38,637 nucleotides of DNA from contig CALWEZ010000041.1 in NCBI GenBank assembly GCA_944377455.1, positions 1 to 38,637 of the forward strand, read 5' to 3'. Shown one piece after another: positions 10,117-20,506 of the stretch. Source of the stretch: an uncultured Clostridia bacterium (GTDB lineage Bacteria; Bacillota; Clostridia; Christensenellales; UBA1242). The position numbers and the translations under genes are program-made. Within the stretch, counting starts at the first letter, position 1. Every line of letters starts with the position of its first letter. Under the pieces are notes generated by a model that searched no databases, had not been told where the DNA came from, and was given only the letters and a program-made list of their open reading frames with translations.

Positions 10117-11207
10117 AGCAGTATATCCTCCCCTTTAAGCGCCGATAGGCCAATGTTCGCCACCTTCTCTTTTTCTAAATCGGAGAGATTGCTGTCGAAC
10201 ACTTCCTTCAAAAACTCGCTTTTTAAAGAAAGTTTGTCGTCTTTGTAACTCTCAAAATCATAAAGCGTGGTTGTTTCGTCAACTATGTCTAAATAGAAAA
10301 ACTTGCCATATAGGTTTTGCTTAATTAATTCCACTTGCACAGGGTTATCTTCGGTATGTTTGCCCTTTAATATAATCTTCACAAGGTCAGTTTTAGAAAG
10401 TTTTGAAGCAATTTCTTCCACCTTCTGCATAACTTGAAAATGATTGACATCTGGCGTGATTGTAAGTTCAATCTTCCTATAATCATACTTGCTGAAAGGG
10501 ATAAACTCGCGTTTAAATTTTTGTCCGTCTATATCTAAAAGATAAAAGCCCTTTTTCTCTCCGATTTTCACAGCATCGTTAAAACTTTTGCCTTCCAAAC
10601 ATCCGCTATACTGCCAAATTCCACGATTGTCAATCTTGCCATCCTGCCTTAAATGGATGTGCCCAAGTGCTAGATAGTCAATATTTCTCCCTTGCAAATT
10701 GTTTGTGTAGACGCCGTTAAAATATTCGTCAGTCGCGTTGATAGGTTGATGAAGCATCAAAATATTGAACCTATTTTTATCAAAATCAATGGAAGTATAG
10801 AAAAGATTATGCACATATCTAGATAGCGACGCACCACCTACCACAACATTTTCGCCTATATCGACCTTAGAAAAATTCTCTTTAAAAAGGATAAAATTTT
10901 TTGGCATTTCGTCGTCTGCAAAAGGGCAAAAGTTGGCGTCATGATTACCCCAAATATAGAAAAATTTGATGTTAGGATGACTTAACACCGCCTTTTTAAA
11001 CAAATTTACAGAATTTTTACTCGGCGAAGGCACATCAAAGGTATCTCCACATAGAAGAATTGCACTCACGCCGTTTGTTTCAGCATACTGCACCAAATCA
11101 AAAAAGTTTTGAAGAAGTTGATTTCTCTTCAATTTTCTCTCATCCGCGCCCAGCCCTTTCAATTCTTTAATATCAATATGAATATCCGCACAATGAATTA
11201 TTTTCAT
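10113..11207 (-). CDS. YhaO/SbcD-like metallophosphoesterase (DNA repair exonuclease)
   Basis: ADIH, GDTFD, GNHD, YLALGHIH and YSGCLEG motifs. Confidence 0.9.
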   Translation of the reverse strand: MKIIHCADIHIDIKELKGLGADERKLKRNQLLQNFFDLVQYAETNGVSAILLCGDTFDVPSPSKNSVNLFKKAVLSHPNIKFFYIWGNHDANFCPFADDEMPKNFILFKENFSKVDIGENVVVGGASLSRYVHNLFYTSIDFDKNRFNILMLHQPINATDEYFNGVYTNNLQGRNIDYLALGHIHLRQDGKIDNRGIWQYSGCLEGKSFNDAVKIGEKKGFYLLDIDGQKFKREFIPFSKYDYRKIELTITPDVNHFQVMQKVEEIASKLSKTDLVKIILKGKHTEDNPVQVELIKQNLYGKFFYLDIVDETTTLYDFESYKDDKLSLKSEFLKEVFDSNLSDLEKEKVANIGLSALKGEDILL

Positions 11208-11270
11208 AGAATATATTATATCAAAAACAAAACTAAAAGCAAAACGATATGATAACTATGTCGTTAAAAT

Positions 11271-11876
11271 TTAAAAATCATTTTCCAAAACATTTGGAAA
11301 TAACTTGTAAAGATTGTAGCCGAGTTTTTCGTCAAAATATTTCTTTAATTTTTGCGCTTCCTTAATATGATAAACTGTGTTTGAAAAAACACCATATCGC
11401 GTTATCAGGTTGACAAGCCTTTGTTCCATAAACATAACCTTTTGCGTGCACATCAAATCGCAAAGGTTGATAAGTTTTTCATATTCGTTATACTCATGAT
11501 TTTTCACAAAATCTCTCACAAACTTATATGTAGGGCGTTTTTTATTTGGCAGTCCGCCCGCCACACAGTTTATATCATTGTTAAGATAGGAATGCGTCAA
11601 GCAAACATCGGCGTATTCCTCACCATATCCCAAACTTAAAATATACTTGTAGCCACCATACCCATGCGGAATTACACCTGGCCCATATCCATTCCGCTTG
11701 CCGATGTCGTGAATGTAGCCGAGTGTTTTTGCCATATCTTCATCCATACCAAGTGCCTTTGCAATGACGCCCGCCGTGTTACCAACACATATGGAATGTT
11801 CAATCCAATAATCATCCTTTGCCATTCCGCGCGAGTTATTTAAAAGTTCCAACGCCTTTTCACTTGTAAGTTGCAT
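11271..11876 (-). CDS. HD-domain phosphohydrolase
   Basis: HS...HDIGK...H...THS...LCD pattern. AGGAG RBS. Confidence 0.85.
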   Translation of the reverse strand: MQLTSEKALELLNNSRGMAKDDYWIEHSICVGNTAGVIAKALGMDEDMAKTLGYIHDIGKRNGYGPGVIPHGYGGYKYILSLGYGEEYADVCLTHSYLNNDINCVAGGLPNKKRPTYKFVRDFVKNHEYNEYEKLINLCDLMCTQKVMFMEQRLVNLITRYGVFSNTVYHIKEAQKLKKYFDEKLGYNLYKLFPNVLENDF

Positions 11877-11892
11877 AGTTTTCTCCTTTTAG

Positions 11893-12768
11893 TTACAGCC
11901 CCATTTTCATAAAAAAATCTTTAAACACCGCTTGCCTGTCAACAAAATTCGCAAAAGTGACTTTATGCCTGCCTTTTGTTTGTTTATACGACAAATCTTC
12001 CAATATCTCTGGACAACTTATTTCCTTATAACCAAACCAACTTTGATTTAAGCAAAACGCCACCGCACTCATATCCCATAACACCTTGCTTTCGCCGATT
12101 TTGTCGCTTTCGTTCTTATGTCGATGTTTTTTGCAGTTCTTAAATATTTCGCACAAATATCTTCCAATTTCGCCACTATCTTTTAAATAATACTCAAGTT
12201 CAAAAATTGTTGTTTGAAGATAACTTGCCACATTTTTGCATGGAATAACAGTGAGAGAGACTTCTGAATTAAACACAAACCTAACCGCATCAACATCCTG
12301 CCTAAAGTTGTATTCGTCATTTTTGTCTTGCAAAAAACTGTGTCCGCCAAGCCAAACAACATCAATTTTAGTTGCAATATCCGGCGCGTGATAGAGAGCA
12401 AGTGCCACATTTGTTATCGCACCAATGGCGATGACTGTGATATGCTCAAACCTTCTTGCAAGTTCGATTATCTTTTTCGAGGCAGGATTGGGTTCTCGGC
12501 TCTCAAAAAAGTAGTGCTTTGCGCCTTTTAAAACCTTCTTTTTATATTTTTCCAAACCAAGCATATCCAAAATCTTTATCGCGGTGTTAAACGAAAGGTC
12601 TGTGCCTTCACCTATTGTTTCCACTGGCATAAACGAACTTTTTTTGAAAGGTGCGATTGTGATTGCCTGCACATCCACTTCGCTCAGCGATTTCATAAGA
12701 TAGACAAGCGCAAACTGGTCATCGATTTCATTTGATATGTCGGTGTCTAAAACAACAATTTTCTTCAT
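11893..12768 (-). CDS. Inosine/uridine-preferring nucleoside hydrolase family protein
   Basis: N-terminal DTDISNEIDD, GAITNVA, WLGG, EYN...D and LWD motifs. Confidence 0.88.
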   Translation of the reverse strand: MKKIVVLDTDISNEIDDQFALVYLMKSLSEVDVQAITIAPFKKSSFMPVETIGEGTDLSFNTAIKILDMLGLEKYKKKVLKGAKHYFFESREPNPASKKIIELARRFEHITVIAIGAITNVALALYHAPDIATKIDVVWLGGHSFLQDKNDEYNFRQDVDAVRFVFNSEVSLTVIPCKNVASYLQTTIFELEYYLKDSGEIGRYLCEIFKNCKKHRHKNESDKIGESKVLWDMSAVAFCLNQSWFGYKEISCPEILEDLSYKQTKGRHKVTFANFVDRQAVFKDFFMKMGL

Positions 12769-12851
12769 AAAAACTCCATAACTAAAAACAATATGTATCT
12801 TTTAAAAAATTGGAAAATTAGAAAGTTGAAAATAATAAATAATAAGTCAAA

Positions 12852-13433
12852 TTAACTATTCTTTGCGTATTTCGAAACAACTTCATAAATATTTTTCCAA
12901 CTTGTAACATAAGGAAGATTGCCTTTCAATCTCCAGTTATATCTGGTAATCACAAGGTAGCAGTTTATGCCATTCTCTCGCATAATTTTGCATTTTACTA
13001 CTCTATCGTCAAACATCAAATCGACCTTATAATTTTTGCACTCTTCCACTTTTTCTGGCGTTTTTGACAAGACAAGTTTTGTGTAGTTGATGTTTTTACT
13101 TTTCAGCCAGTCCGTGGTTGTTTTAAATGGCTCAACATAGTGCGGATATGCTCTATGGCTTATTAAGATTAGTCGATGTCCATCTTCAAGCATCTTGTCC
13201 ATACATTTTTTGCAATTTCTTCTTACCTTCAAGTTCTTTGCAATGCGTTCCATGTTGTTATTATAAAACTCGTCAATTTCTTCCCTCGACCAATCAAACA
13301 TTTCAGGCACGCCGTCCGCATCTTTATTGACAATTCCCCTATTTCTTTTCTTCTTGTCTTCCAAAAAACATTCTTTTAAAACACCTTCGTCAAAGTCACT
13401 AATCACCTTATCAATATCAATTCCTATAACCAT
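12852..13433 (-). CDS. HAD-superfamily 5'(3')-nucleotidase-like protein (NT5C type)
   Basis: IGIDIDKVI motif I, ISHR, TTDWL, K, and MFDD motif IV. Start moved to ATG 13433 after AGGAG. Confidence 0.8.
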   Translation of the reverse strand: MVIGIDIDKVISDFDEGVLKECFLEDKKKRNRGIVNKDADGVPEMFDWSREEIDEFYNNNMERIAKNLKVRRNCKKCMDKMLEDGHRLILISHRAYPHYVEPFKTTTDWLKSKNINYTKLVLSKTPEKVEECKNYKVDLMFDDRVVKCKIMRENGINCYLVITRYNWRLKGNLPYVTSWKNIYEVVSKYAKNS

Positions 13434-13579
13434 TGCCACTCCTAAACTGTTATTTGCAACTTTTTAACCCAACAAGTTTACAAATACACTTGAAAATTAT
13501 TATATCATAAGCAAAAAATAAAGTCACTTAAAATGGCATAAAAAAATTTATAAGCCGAAACTTATAAATTTCTCGTTCA

Positions 13580-14065
13580 TTATTTTTTAGATTTTTTTGT
13601 TTTTTTAGTGTCTTTAGTTTCTGCGTCTTCAACCACTTCTGCCTCGGCAGTTTCTTCCTTTGAAGGAGTTTCAATAGCAACCTTTTCTTCTTTATTTTTC
13701 TCTTTTTTAGCCTCTTTCTTTTCAAGTTTAGCCTTTTCCTCTTCCTCTTTCTTTAAAGCTTCGGCTTTAAGTTCTTCTTCGCTCTTGAAAACGGTGTAGA
13801 TAGCATAGGCGTCAACTGCTAAATAACTCTTTTCTTTTCCGCCTGTTTCGATAACAACAAGTTTTTGAGTTTCGTCAAATTTAAGTTCAGTAATTGTTCC
13901 ATACACACCGCTTGTTGTCAGCACCTTATCGCCCACTTTAAGCGAATTAGTCTGCTCCTGAATTTTTTGTGTTTCCTTTTTGTTTTTGCTGTTCATCATG
14001 ATAGGAAGAGCAATCAACATCAAAACAACAATACCTATTAAAACATAGTTTACGATATTTTCCAT
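13580..14065 (-). CDS. yajC: Preprotein translocase subunit YajC with a long charged C-terminal tail
   Basis: N-terminal TM helix followed by SLKVGDKVLTTSGVYGTI. AAGGAG RBS. Confidence 0.9.
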   Translation of the reverse strand: MENIVNYVLIGIVVLMLIALPIMMNSKNKKETQKIQEQTNSLKVGDKVLTTSGVYGTITELKFDETQKLVVIETGGKEKSYLAVDAYAIYTVFKSEEELKAEALKKEEEEKAKLEKKEAKKEKNKEEKVAIETPSKEETAEAEVVEDAETKDTKKTKKSKK

Positions 14066-14076
14066 TTTATTCTCCT

Positions 14077-14151
14077 TTATTTAAAATAGAACCCCATTAA
14101 AAGGATTAAGAAAATCACACAAAGCGGAATGGCTAGTTCGTTGATGCCCAT
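14077..14151 (-). CDS. Unannotated 24-aa single-TM small protein MGINELAIPLCVIFLILLMGFYFK
   Basis: ATG with AAAGGAG 8 nt upstream. Its TAA runs into the yajC RBS. TTGACA-17-TAAAAT promoter with extended TG at 14271-14299. Confidence 0.7.
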   Translation of the reverse strand: MGINELAIPLCVIFLILLMGFYFK

Positions 14152-14464
14152 GAAATTTTCTCCTTTTAATAGTAACATAGTTTACTAAAATTTTCCAAAC
14201 GAAATTAAGCGAAAAATGAAATTTTTAAAAATAATTTGACAATTCGCCTTTGCTAACTCTTTCAAAGAAAATTTTACCACAAAACTTTACCCCTGTCAAG
14301 AGTGAAAATTTAGACAATTTTTTTACTTATTTTATGTTTTTAAAGAGAATAATTAATAGTTAATCAAAGTTTCTAAATTTTGAAACTAAGAAAAACATAT
14401 TTTTATTTTAAAAACCAAAATACTTATTTGAAATTTCAAGGTGAAAAAATAAATTTATAACGCC

Positions 14465-16426
14465 TTAATCCACAACTTCATCATAGGTAAAGCCATTTTT
14501 ACATAAAAAGGTATGCATCTTTAATTTCTTTGCTGGCAATATATCTGTTTTGTAACTGTTGCCTATAACCATAACCTCGTCAGGCTCTAATTTGTTTTTC
14601 TCTAAAATCTCTCTATAAAGATGTTCTTTGGTTATGTCATTCTCAGGAAAATCATTTGTCAAAATATCTTCAAAAAAGGTGTGGTCAATTTTGTAATATT
14701 CCATGAATGCTCTAATGTCGGATTTGGTGGAGTTGGACACGATATACATTTTTCCTCCAAGCCTTTGACATTGTTTACGAAACTTTTTAAGTTCGCTTTT
14801 TGGTATTGCCTCACCCTTTTTCCCTTCTTCATTCAAAACAATGCGCTTTCCGTATCTCCACTCATTATACGCTTTTGAACTACCTTCCGTCTTTAAAAAA
14901 AGTTTTACAATATCTTGCCCAGAGTCAATACGCTTCGTACCTAATACATTTTGCAATAATTCCGTAAATTCTTTGTCGCTATAATCACTAAAATGATTTC
15001 TTACCCACTCATTTCTCTCTTTGTTCCACTGCTTCCAACTGACATTATAGTAAAGTGTGTCATCAAAGTCGAAGATAAAGCACTTAATCTTGTTTGAAAA
15101 TAAATTCGGATCCTTTTGAATGTTACTAAGCCATTTCCCGTGCTTGTAAATTATTAGATAAAGTACTGTAAATATGATATCAGGAAGCGCAATCATAAAA
15201 TAGACAAAATAGGTATTATCTGGAAGATAGTTTGTAATAAAACACAACATCACACACCAAATCGTATAAAACACACTGCAACATATCATCACCAAATTTT
15301 CCTTTCCGCCAAGCCTTAAAAGATAGGATGACATAGTCCACGAAAAGAAGCGGAAGAGATGAATAAGCACATAGCATGGTAAAACATAAAACATAGCTAA
15401 AAAATATTCATCATTCACACCAATTGCGATTGGGTAGATAAGTGCAAGCGAAAGAATAGCATAGAAAATATAAAGAACAAGCACTCCTAAAAGCAAGTTT
15501 TTGGCGTGATATTTTGCTTTTTCAAAATCATCTTTCCCAAGCGCTCTTGTAATTTCAATGGCACAGATAACTCTATAAGCCATAAAGAAACAATTTAAAA
15601 TATCAAGCACGCTTTCGAGATAAGAATAGGTGTTGAAAAGCATATCGCTTGTGCGAAGAAGATATATGCTTGTGGCAAAATACCCCACCTCCCAAACCAC
15701 TTCGGCAAAAAAGTTTGAAAAAAGGATTGTCCACTGCTTTTTGGTGAATGAGATAGGCACAAATTTAAAAACATTAATATTAAAGCCACTGCGTTTTAAA
15801 AGCACAACATAGTAAAGAACAAAAAGTAGCACCCCGCTTAAAACATAAACTATGGCGATATAATTAAGCATGAATGAGCCGATAAAATACAGAAGCAAAA
15901 AGCCGATAATGACAAAGATATAACTTAGCGATGTGGAGAGAAAAGATAATTTAAAAATATTCAACTGGTCTAAAGTGTCTTCTAAATATCCTGACAGGCA
16001 CGAGAAGAAGAAGTAGGCACACATGATGTAATAGAAGGTATAGTCAGTCGGCACGAAACTTGTTATCGTTTCCATAAAAAATCTAGGAAAAATCGCAAGT
16101 ATCGCCGTCATAACACTTGCCAAAATCAAAATCAACTCAAAGCCCATTTTTACAGATTTTTCCACTCTGCTTTTTATGGAGATGTTTTGATTAACCATGA
16201 TGTTTGTGCCTTGACTGACACCAAAAGCAATCATTGAAGCAAAGTAGTTGAGCGACAAAAAGGCGTTGAGATAGGTTAGTTCGTAAACTCCAAGCAAATT
16301 AGAAATAATTGAGATAATAGCGGACAAAATTGCCACCATAATACCCTTGATAAGCAAAAACTTACCCTTTTTAAGAGTGCCGAAAAAATATTTAAAAAAT
16401 CCCTTTGTTTTTGCGACCGCTGTCAT
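14465..16426 (-). CDS. MATE-like multi-pass transporter fused to a C-terminal HAD hydrolase
   Basis: About 430 aa of repeated hydrophobic helices with MATE-like segments (RALGKDDFEKAK, LLRLGGK), then FDFDDTLY, IVSNS, K and GNSYKTD HAD motifs. Confidence 0.75.
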   Translation of the reverse strand: MTAVAKTKGFFKYFFGTLKKGKFLLIKGIMVAILSAIISIISNLLGVYELTYLNAFLSLNYFASMIAFGVSQGTNIMVNQNISIKSRVEKSVKMGFELILILASVMTAILAIFPRFFMETITSFVPTDYTFYYIMCAYFFFSCLSGYLEDTLDQLNIFKLSFLSTSLSYIFVIIGFLLLYFIGSFMLNYIAIVYVLSGVLLFVLYYVVLLKRSGFNINVFKFVPISFTKKQWTILFSNFFAEVVWEVGYFATSIYLLRTSDMLFNTYSYLESVLDILNCFFMAYRVICAIEITRALGKDDFEKAKYHAKNLLLGVLVLYIFYAILSLALIYPIAIGVNDEYFLAMFYVLPCYVLIHLFRFFSWTMSSYLLRLGGKENLVMICCSVFYTIWCVMLCFITNYLPDNTYFVYFMIALPDIIFTVLYLIIYKHGKWLSNIQKDPNLFSNKIKCFIFDFDDTLYYNVSWKQWNKERNEWVRNHFSDYSDKEFTELLQNVLGTKRIDSGQDIVKLFLKTEGSSKAYNEWRYGKRIVLNEEGKKGEAIPKSELKKFRKQCQRLGGKMYIVSNSTKSDIRAFMEYYKIDHTFFEDILTNDFPENDITKEHLYREILEKNKLEPDEVMVIGNSYKTDILPAKKLKMHTFLCKNGFTYDEVVD

Positions 16427-16502
16427 TTTTTTATCTTAACATAACAAAAATTTTAAGTCAAATATTTTGGATATATAAAGAAAAAAGAAGAGATAATCTT
16501 CT

Positions 16503-18239
16503 TTAAATCTTCTTTGTTTTTATCTCTTCTTTAAGGCGAGCGATAAAGTCGTTTAGGTTAAGCCCACTCTTATTTTCATATCCGCGTCCACGAATGGAAA
16601 TTGTCTTATTTTTCTCTTCTTCATCGCCAACGATGATAAGGTATGGAACTTTTTCGTTAAGCGCCTCACGAATTTTGTAGCCTATCTTCTCGTTTCGGTT
16701 ATCACTCTCCGCTCTTAAACCATTTTCACGAAGCGTGGCAGTAATCTCGTCAGCATAGTCGCAATTTCTTTCAGTGAGCGATAGCACCCTAACCTGATCA
16801 GGCGAAAGCCAAAGTGGAAACGCTCCTGCAAAGTTCTCGATGAGCAAGCCGATAAAGCGGTCGATTGAGCCATAGATAACTCTGTGTATCATGATAGGAC
16901 GATGTTTTTCGCCGTCCTCGCCAACATATTCAAGTTCAAAGCGCTGTGGGAGTTGGAAATCAAGTTGAATTGTTCCACATTGCCAGGTTCTGCCAATGGT
17001 GTCTTTTAGGTGGAAATCAATCTTAGGTCCATAGAATGCTCCATCGCCTTCGTTTATGATATAGTCAAGTTTTAACTCATCAAGCGCACCTTTTAAAGCA
17101 TTTGTCGCAAGTTCCCAATCTTCATCACTGCCCATGCTATTTTCTGGACGCGTGGAAAGTTCAACATGATAGGTAAAATTGAAAACCTTGTAGACTTCAT
17201 CAATTAGAGCCACAACATTTTTAATTTCATCCTTAATCTGTGACGGTGTCATAAAGATGTGAGCATCATCCTGCGTGAAACTTCTAACTCTTAATAGTCC
17301 CCCTAACTCGCCCGACTTTTCATATCTATGCACAATACCAAGTTCGCCAAGCCTTAGTGGTAGTTCCTTATATGAGTGCGGTTCGCTTTTATATACAAGC
17401 ACTCCACCTGGACAGTTCATAGGCTTAATGGCATATGTTTCATCGTCGATGGTCGAGAGATACATGTTGTCTTTATAGTGGTCCCAGTGTCCTGATGTTT
17501 CCCAAAGATGACGATTGAGCATGATTGGAGTCATAATTTCCTTATATCCTGCCTTGGTGTGAATTTGACGCCAATAGTCGATAAGTTCATTTCTAATGAT
17601 CATGCCCTTTGGAAGATAGAAAGGAAAGCCTGGTCCTTCTGGCGAAATCATAAATAGTTTAAGTTCCTTACCCAACTTTCTATGGTCGCGCTTTTTCGCC
17701 TCTTCAATCATGTTGATATGCTCAGCAAGTTGCTTTTTATCTGGATACGCATAGACATAGACGCGTTGAAGCATCTTATTCTTCTCACTACCTCTCCAAT
17801 ATGCGCCATTCACCGCGTGGATTTTGAAGGCATAATTTTGAAGTTTCTTCGCGTTCTCCACATGAGGTCCTCGGCAAAGGTCGAAAAAGTCATCGCCTGT
17901 GTAATATAAAGACACCTCTTCATTTTCTGGAAGTTCGTTGATAATCTCAGTCTTATACTCATTCCCTTTAAAAAGTTTAAGCGCCTCTTCTTTTGAAACA
18001 ACCTTGCGCGTGAAATCTTCGCCTTTATTAATTATTTCCTTCATCTTTTTTTCAATCTCAGGAAAATGGTCAGGCGTAAGATTGATGTCAAGGTCGATGT
18101 CATAATAAAAGCCATCGTCAATGCTTGGCCCTATGGTAAGTTTGGTCTTTGGATAAAGGGTTGTCAGTGCCTTTGCTAAAATGTGAGCAAGCGAGTGCCT
18201 TGCCTTTTGAATTTCTTCTTGTTTCTTATCTTTTTCCAT
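16503..18239 (-). CDS. thrS: Threonine--tRNA ligase
   Basis: RHSLAH, DLCRGPH, KRDHRKLG, KPMNCP, FYGPKIDF and IHR motifs. The real start is likely ATG 18239 after AAGGAG. Confidence 0.97.
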   Translation of the reverse strand: MEKDKKQEEIQKARHSLAHILAKALTTLYPKTKLTIGPSIDDGFYYDIDLDINLTPDHFPEIEKKMKEIINKGEDFTRKVVSKEEALKLFKGNEYKTEIINELPENEEVSLYYTGDDFFDLCRGPHVENAKKLQNYAFKIHAVNGAYWRGSEKNKMLQRVYVYAYPDKKQLAEHINMIEEAKKRDHRKLGKELKLFMISPEGPGFPFYLPKGMIIRNELIDYWRQIHTKAGYKEIMTPIMLNRHLWETSGHWDHYKDNMYLSTIDDETYAIKPMNCPGGVLVYKSEPHSYKELPLRLGELGIVHRYEKSGELGGLLRVRSFTQDDAHIFMTPSQIKDEIKNVVALIDEVYKVFNFTYHVELSTRPENSMGSDEDWELATNALKGALDELKLDYIINEGDGAFYGPKIDFHLKDTIGRTWQCGTIQLDFQLPQRFELEYVGEDGEKHRPIMIHRVIYGSIDRFIGLLIENFAGAFPLWLSPDQVRVLSLTERNCDYADEITATLRENGLRAESDNRNEKIGYKIREALNEKVPYLIIVGDEEEKNKTISIRGRGYENKSGLNLNDFIARLKEEIKTKKI

Positions 18240-18269
18240 ATTTATCTCCTTTTCTCGCTTTAAGAGCAA

Positions 18270-18474
18270 CAAAAAACGCCCTTAAAACAAAATTGTTTTT
18301 AAGGACGATTAAATAACCGTGGTTCCACCTTAATTGCACGAAATTCGTGCCACTCTTTTAAAAGCATCTTCAAGCGCAAAAGTGGTTTCATTCTTAAGTC
18401 TCATCAAAGTTTTTCACCAAACAACTCTTCTCTAGGCATGACAACTTAAAACTACTTGTCTTTCACTAAATGCA
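18270..18474 (-). ncRNA. T-box riboswitch leader (Thr specifier ACC)
   Basis: Minus strand shows AGAGA and GGTG stem I motifs, the GAA-ACC specifier (18384-18386), the T-box AAGGTGGAACCACGG (18317-18331) and a terminator with U-tract (18270-18307). Perfect TTGACA-17-TATAAT at 18480-18508. Confidence 0.93.
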
Positions 18475-18514
18475 CTTTTATTATATGCTACTTATAAAAT
18501 ATTGTCAAGTATTT

Positions 18515-19255
18515 TTAAGAAAATATTTTTTCCATACTCTTATTATAACTCACATTTATGCGTTCAGAAAAAATCTTGGTCAAAAACGAGACAGTGGAGT
18601 TCTCTTTGTCACAATAAAAGTTGATTTTCTTAGGAGAAAGCTCGATTAAGGTCGATACAAGCGCTTCGTTATTTAAACTTTCAAAACACTCATCCGCCAT
18701 AATGCTGTAACCATTCTCCTTTTCAAACACCGAAATCTCGTTTTCTTTAATCTCCAAGTTGTCCACCAAAAATTTAAGCAAGTCATAGAACGCATCATCG
18801 CCTATGAGATAGTCACTGTTCTCATTGGCAAGTAGCACTAATTCACCCCATTTATCGCGAAGGGCTTTCAGTTTGAAGTCGTAGAAAGAGTCTAAATTTA
18901 ATGTGCTTTTAAGTTCCAAATTCTTACTGATGATATACAAATCGGTCTCTCTATCGAAATTCATAAGCGCCTTTTTAAACGCCATTAAACTTATCTTTTC
19001 ATGGCTTGGCAAACACAAATTTTCCTTTAAAAACCCTTCTTTATAGTAGGAACAGATGACTTTGATTATGTTTTTCTCTAAGATGTTTGTAAGGCGAGTT
19101 TGCTCTTCCATAGGGCAGGCAAACATGATGTTAAATGAGCCATATCGCTCATAGCAAGTAAGCACAGTTTGATAGCTACAAAGTTCCTCTTTCATAGACT
19201 GAAAGATAAACCGCGCCACGTCAAGTTTACATGTTGTCAAGCAAAATTCCCACAT
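18515..19255 (-). CDS. ytxC: Sporulation protein YtxC family
   Basis: LNLDSFYDFKL, FYDLLKFLV, LVSTLIELSPKKI and IFSERI resemble YtxC. Conserved position upstream of thrS. Confidence 0.75.
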   Translation of the reverse strand: MWEFCLTTCKLDVARFIFQSMKEELCSYQTVLTCYERYGSFNIMFACPMEEQTRLTNILEKNIIKVICSYYKEGFLKENLCLPSHEKISLMAFKKALMNFDRETDLYIISKNLELKSTLNLDSFYDFKLKALRDKWGELVLLANENSDYLIGDDAFYDLLKFLVDNLEIKENEISVFEKENGYSIMADECFESLNNEALVSTLIELSPKKINFYCDKENSTVSFLTKIFSERINVSYNKSMEKIFS

Positions 19256-19487
19256 AAAATCTCCTTACAAAATTAAAAAACACCCAAATCTCATCTTATG
19301 CCAGCAAAAACCATATTGCCAGTTTGATAACATATACTATTTTATGCAAGGAAATCAAAAATACTCTTAATTTTTTTAAATTATCGCAATTATTTGACTT
19401 TAAATATTTTTTTGCGTTATTATATATTTAGAATATTACATAACTTATTCACACATTGCTACACAAAATAATTAAAAGGAGCGAAAA

Positions 19488-20333
19488 ATGAAAGTATTAT
19501 CTAAAAAAAGCCTTTTATTACTAATAGTTATTCTTATCGCTCCTATCTTTCTTTTAGTTGGATGCGGAGAGGTGCAGTCTTACAACATAACCGCCACCAC
19601 CAACTGCCAAAATGGCAATGTCACAGGCATGGGAAGTTTTAACGACGGAAGCCGAGTGACCTTGACCGCGCGCGGAGTGAACAAACATAGGTTCATCGCG
19701 TGGGTATATCAAAACAAAACCATTTTGGTAAGTAATAACACCTACAACATTGAAACCTCAAGCGATAGTTTAACAAGCACATTAACTTTCAACGCTTCCT
19801 CCTACACCGCCGACAACTACACCGCAATTTTTGAGGACTCAAGGCAGATGTATTACACACTTTCATCCTATCGCGTTGTTGAGCACGCTGAAGGCGAAGA
19901 GATACCTGAAGAGAATTTGGAAAATCAAAATGTAACTTGCGTTGGAAACTTGTCAATAAGCATCGGCGAAAACGTTTTGAACTATCGCACTCCTGTAAAT
20001 CTCACAAACCAAAGTTTCTTAAACACCACCACAAATTTCACTGATATGAGAGATGTGTTTAGGCTCACAAGTCAACCATATTATGTTCGCTTTACATTCT
20101 CTTCTAATGAATTCACTTCAAGCAAAACCATTGCATTAACATACGGAAATTCTAGCGAGCAAGATGAAGATGGTGTTGAGGTTGATTTTCAAACTAATGG
20201 CGATATAGTTTTAACATACTCCTTTGATATGACAAAGGAAGAAACAACTGACGGTGAAGAAGGCACTAATGATGGTGAAGCTAAAATGTTAACCTCTCTT
20301 ATACTCACTCTTTGTCCTTTAAGAGCTTCTTAA
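19488..20333 (+). CDS. Lipoprotein with one InlB-B/Flg_new-like repeat domain
   Basis: Lipobox LLVGC. G..TG.G.F..G..VTLTA...RFIAW...YTAIF repeat pattern. AAGGAG RBS. Confidence 0.75.
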   Translation: MKVLSKKSLLLLIVILIAPIFLLVGCGEVQSYNITATTNCQNGNVTGMGSFNDGSRVTLTARGVNKHRFIAWVYQNKTILVSNNTYNIETSSDSLTSTLTFNASSYTADNYTAIFEDSRQMYYTLSSYRVVEHAEGEEIPEENLENQNVTCVGNLSISIGENVLNYRTPVNLTNQSFLNTTTNFTDMRDVFRLTSQPYYVRFTFSSNEFTSSKTIALTYGNSSEQDEDGVEVDFQTNGDIVLTYSFDMTKEETTDGEEGTNDGEAKMLTSLILTLCPLRAS

Positions 20334-20369
20334 AATAGAGAATAATTTGTTTATACAGACTTAAAAATC

Positions 20370-20411
20370 ATTGCATATCACACAATATATTGTGTAGTAT
20401 GCAATTTTTTT
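20370..20411. terminator. Hairpin with U-tract between convergent genes; its core is the perfect palindrome ACACAATATATTGTGT
   Basis: ATTGCATA...TATGCAAT arms, palindrome at 20380-20395, followed by a T-run. Confidence 0.6.
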
Positions 20412-20506
20412 AATAAGCTTTTAGATATTTATAAAAGCTAAAAAATGAAAAATTAAAATTTTTATCAAGACAATTAAAATTATTAATATAATATTTATTG
20501 CAAAAA

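Noticed and set aside
19445-19453. DnaA box TTATTCACA suggesting an origin
   Set aside because: It is a single box with no cluster and no dnaA/dnaN nearby.
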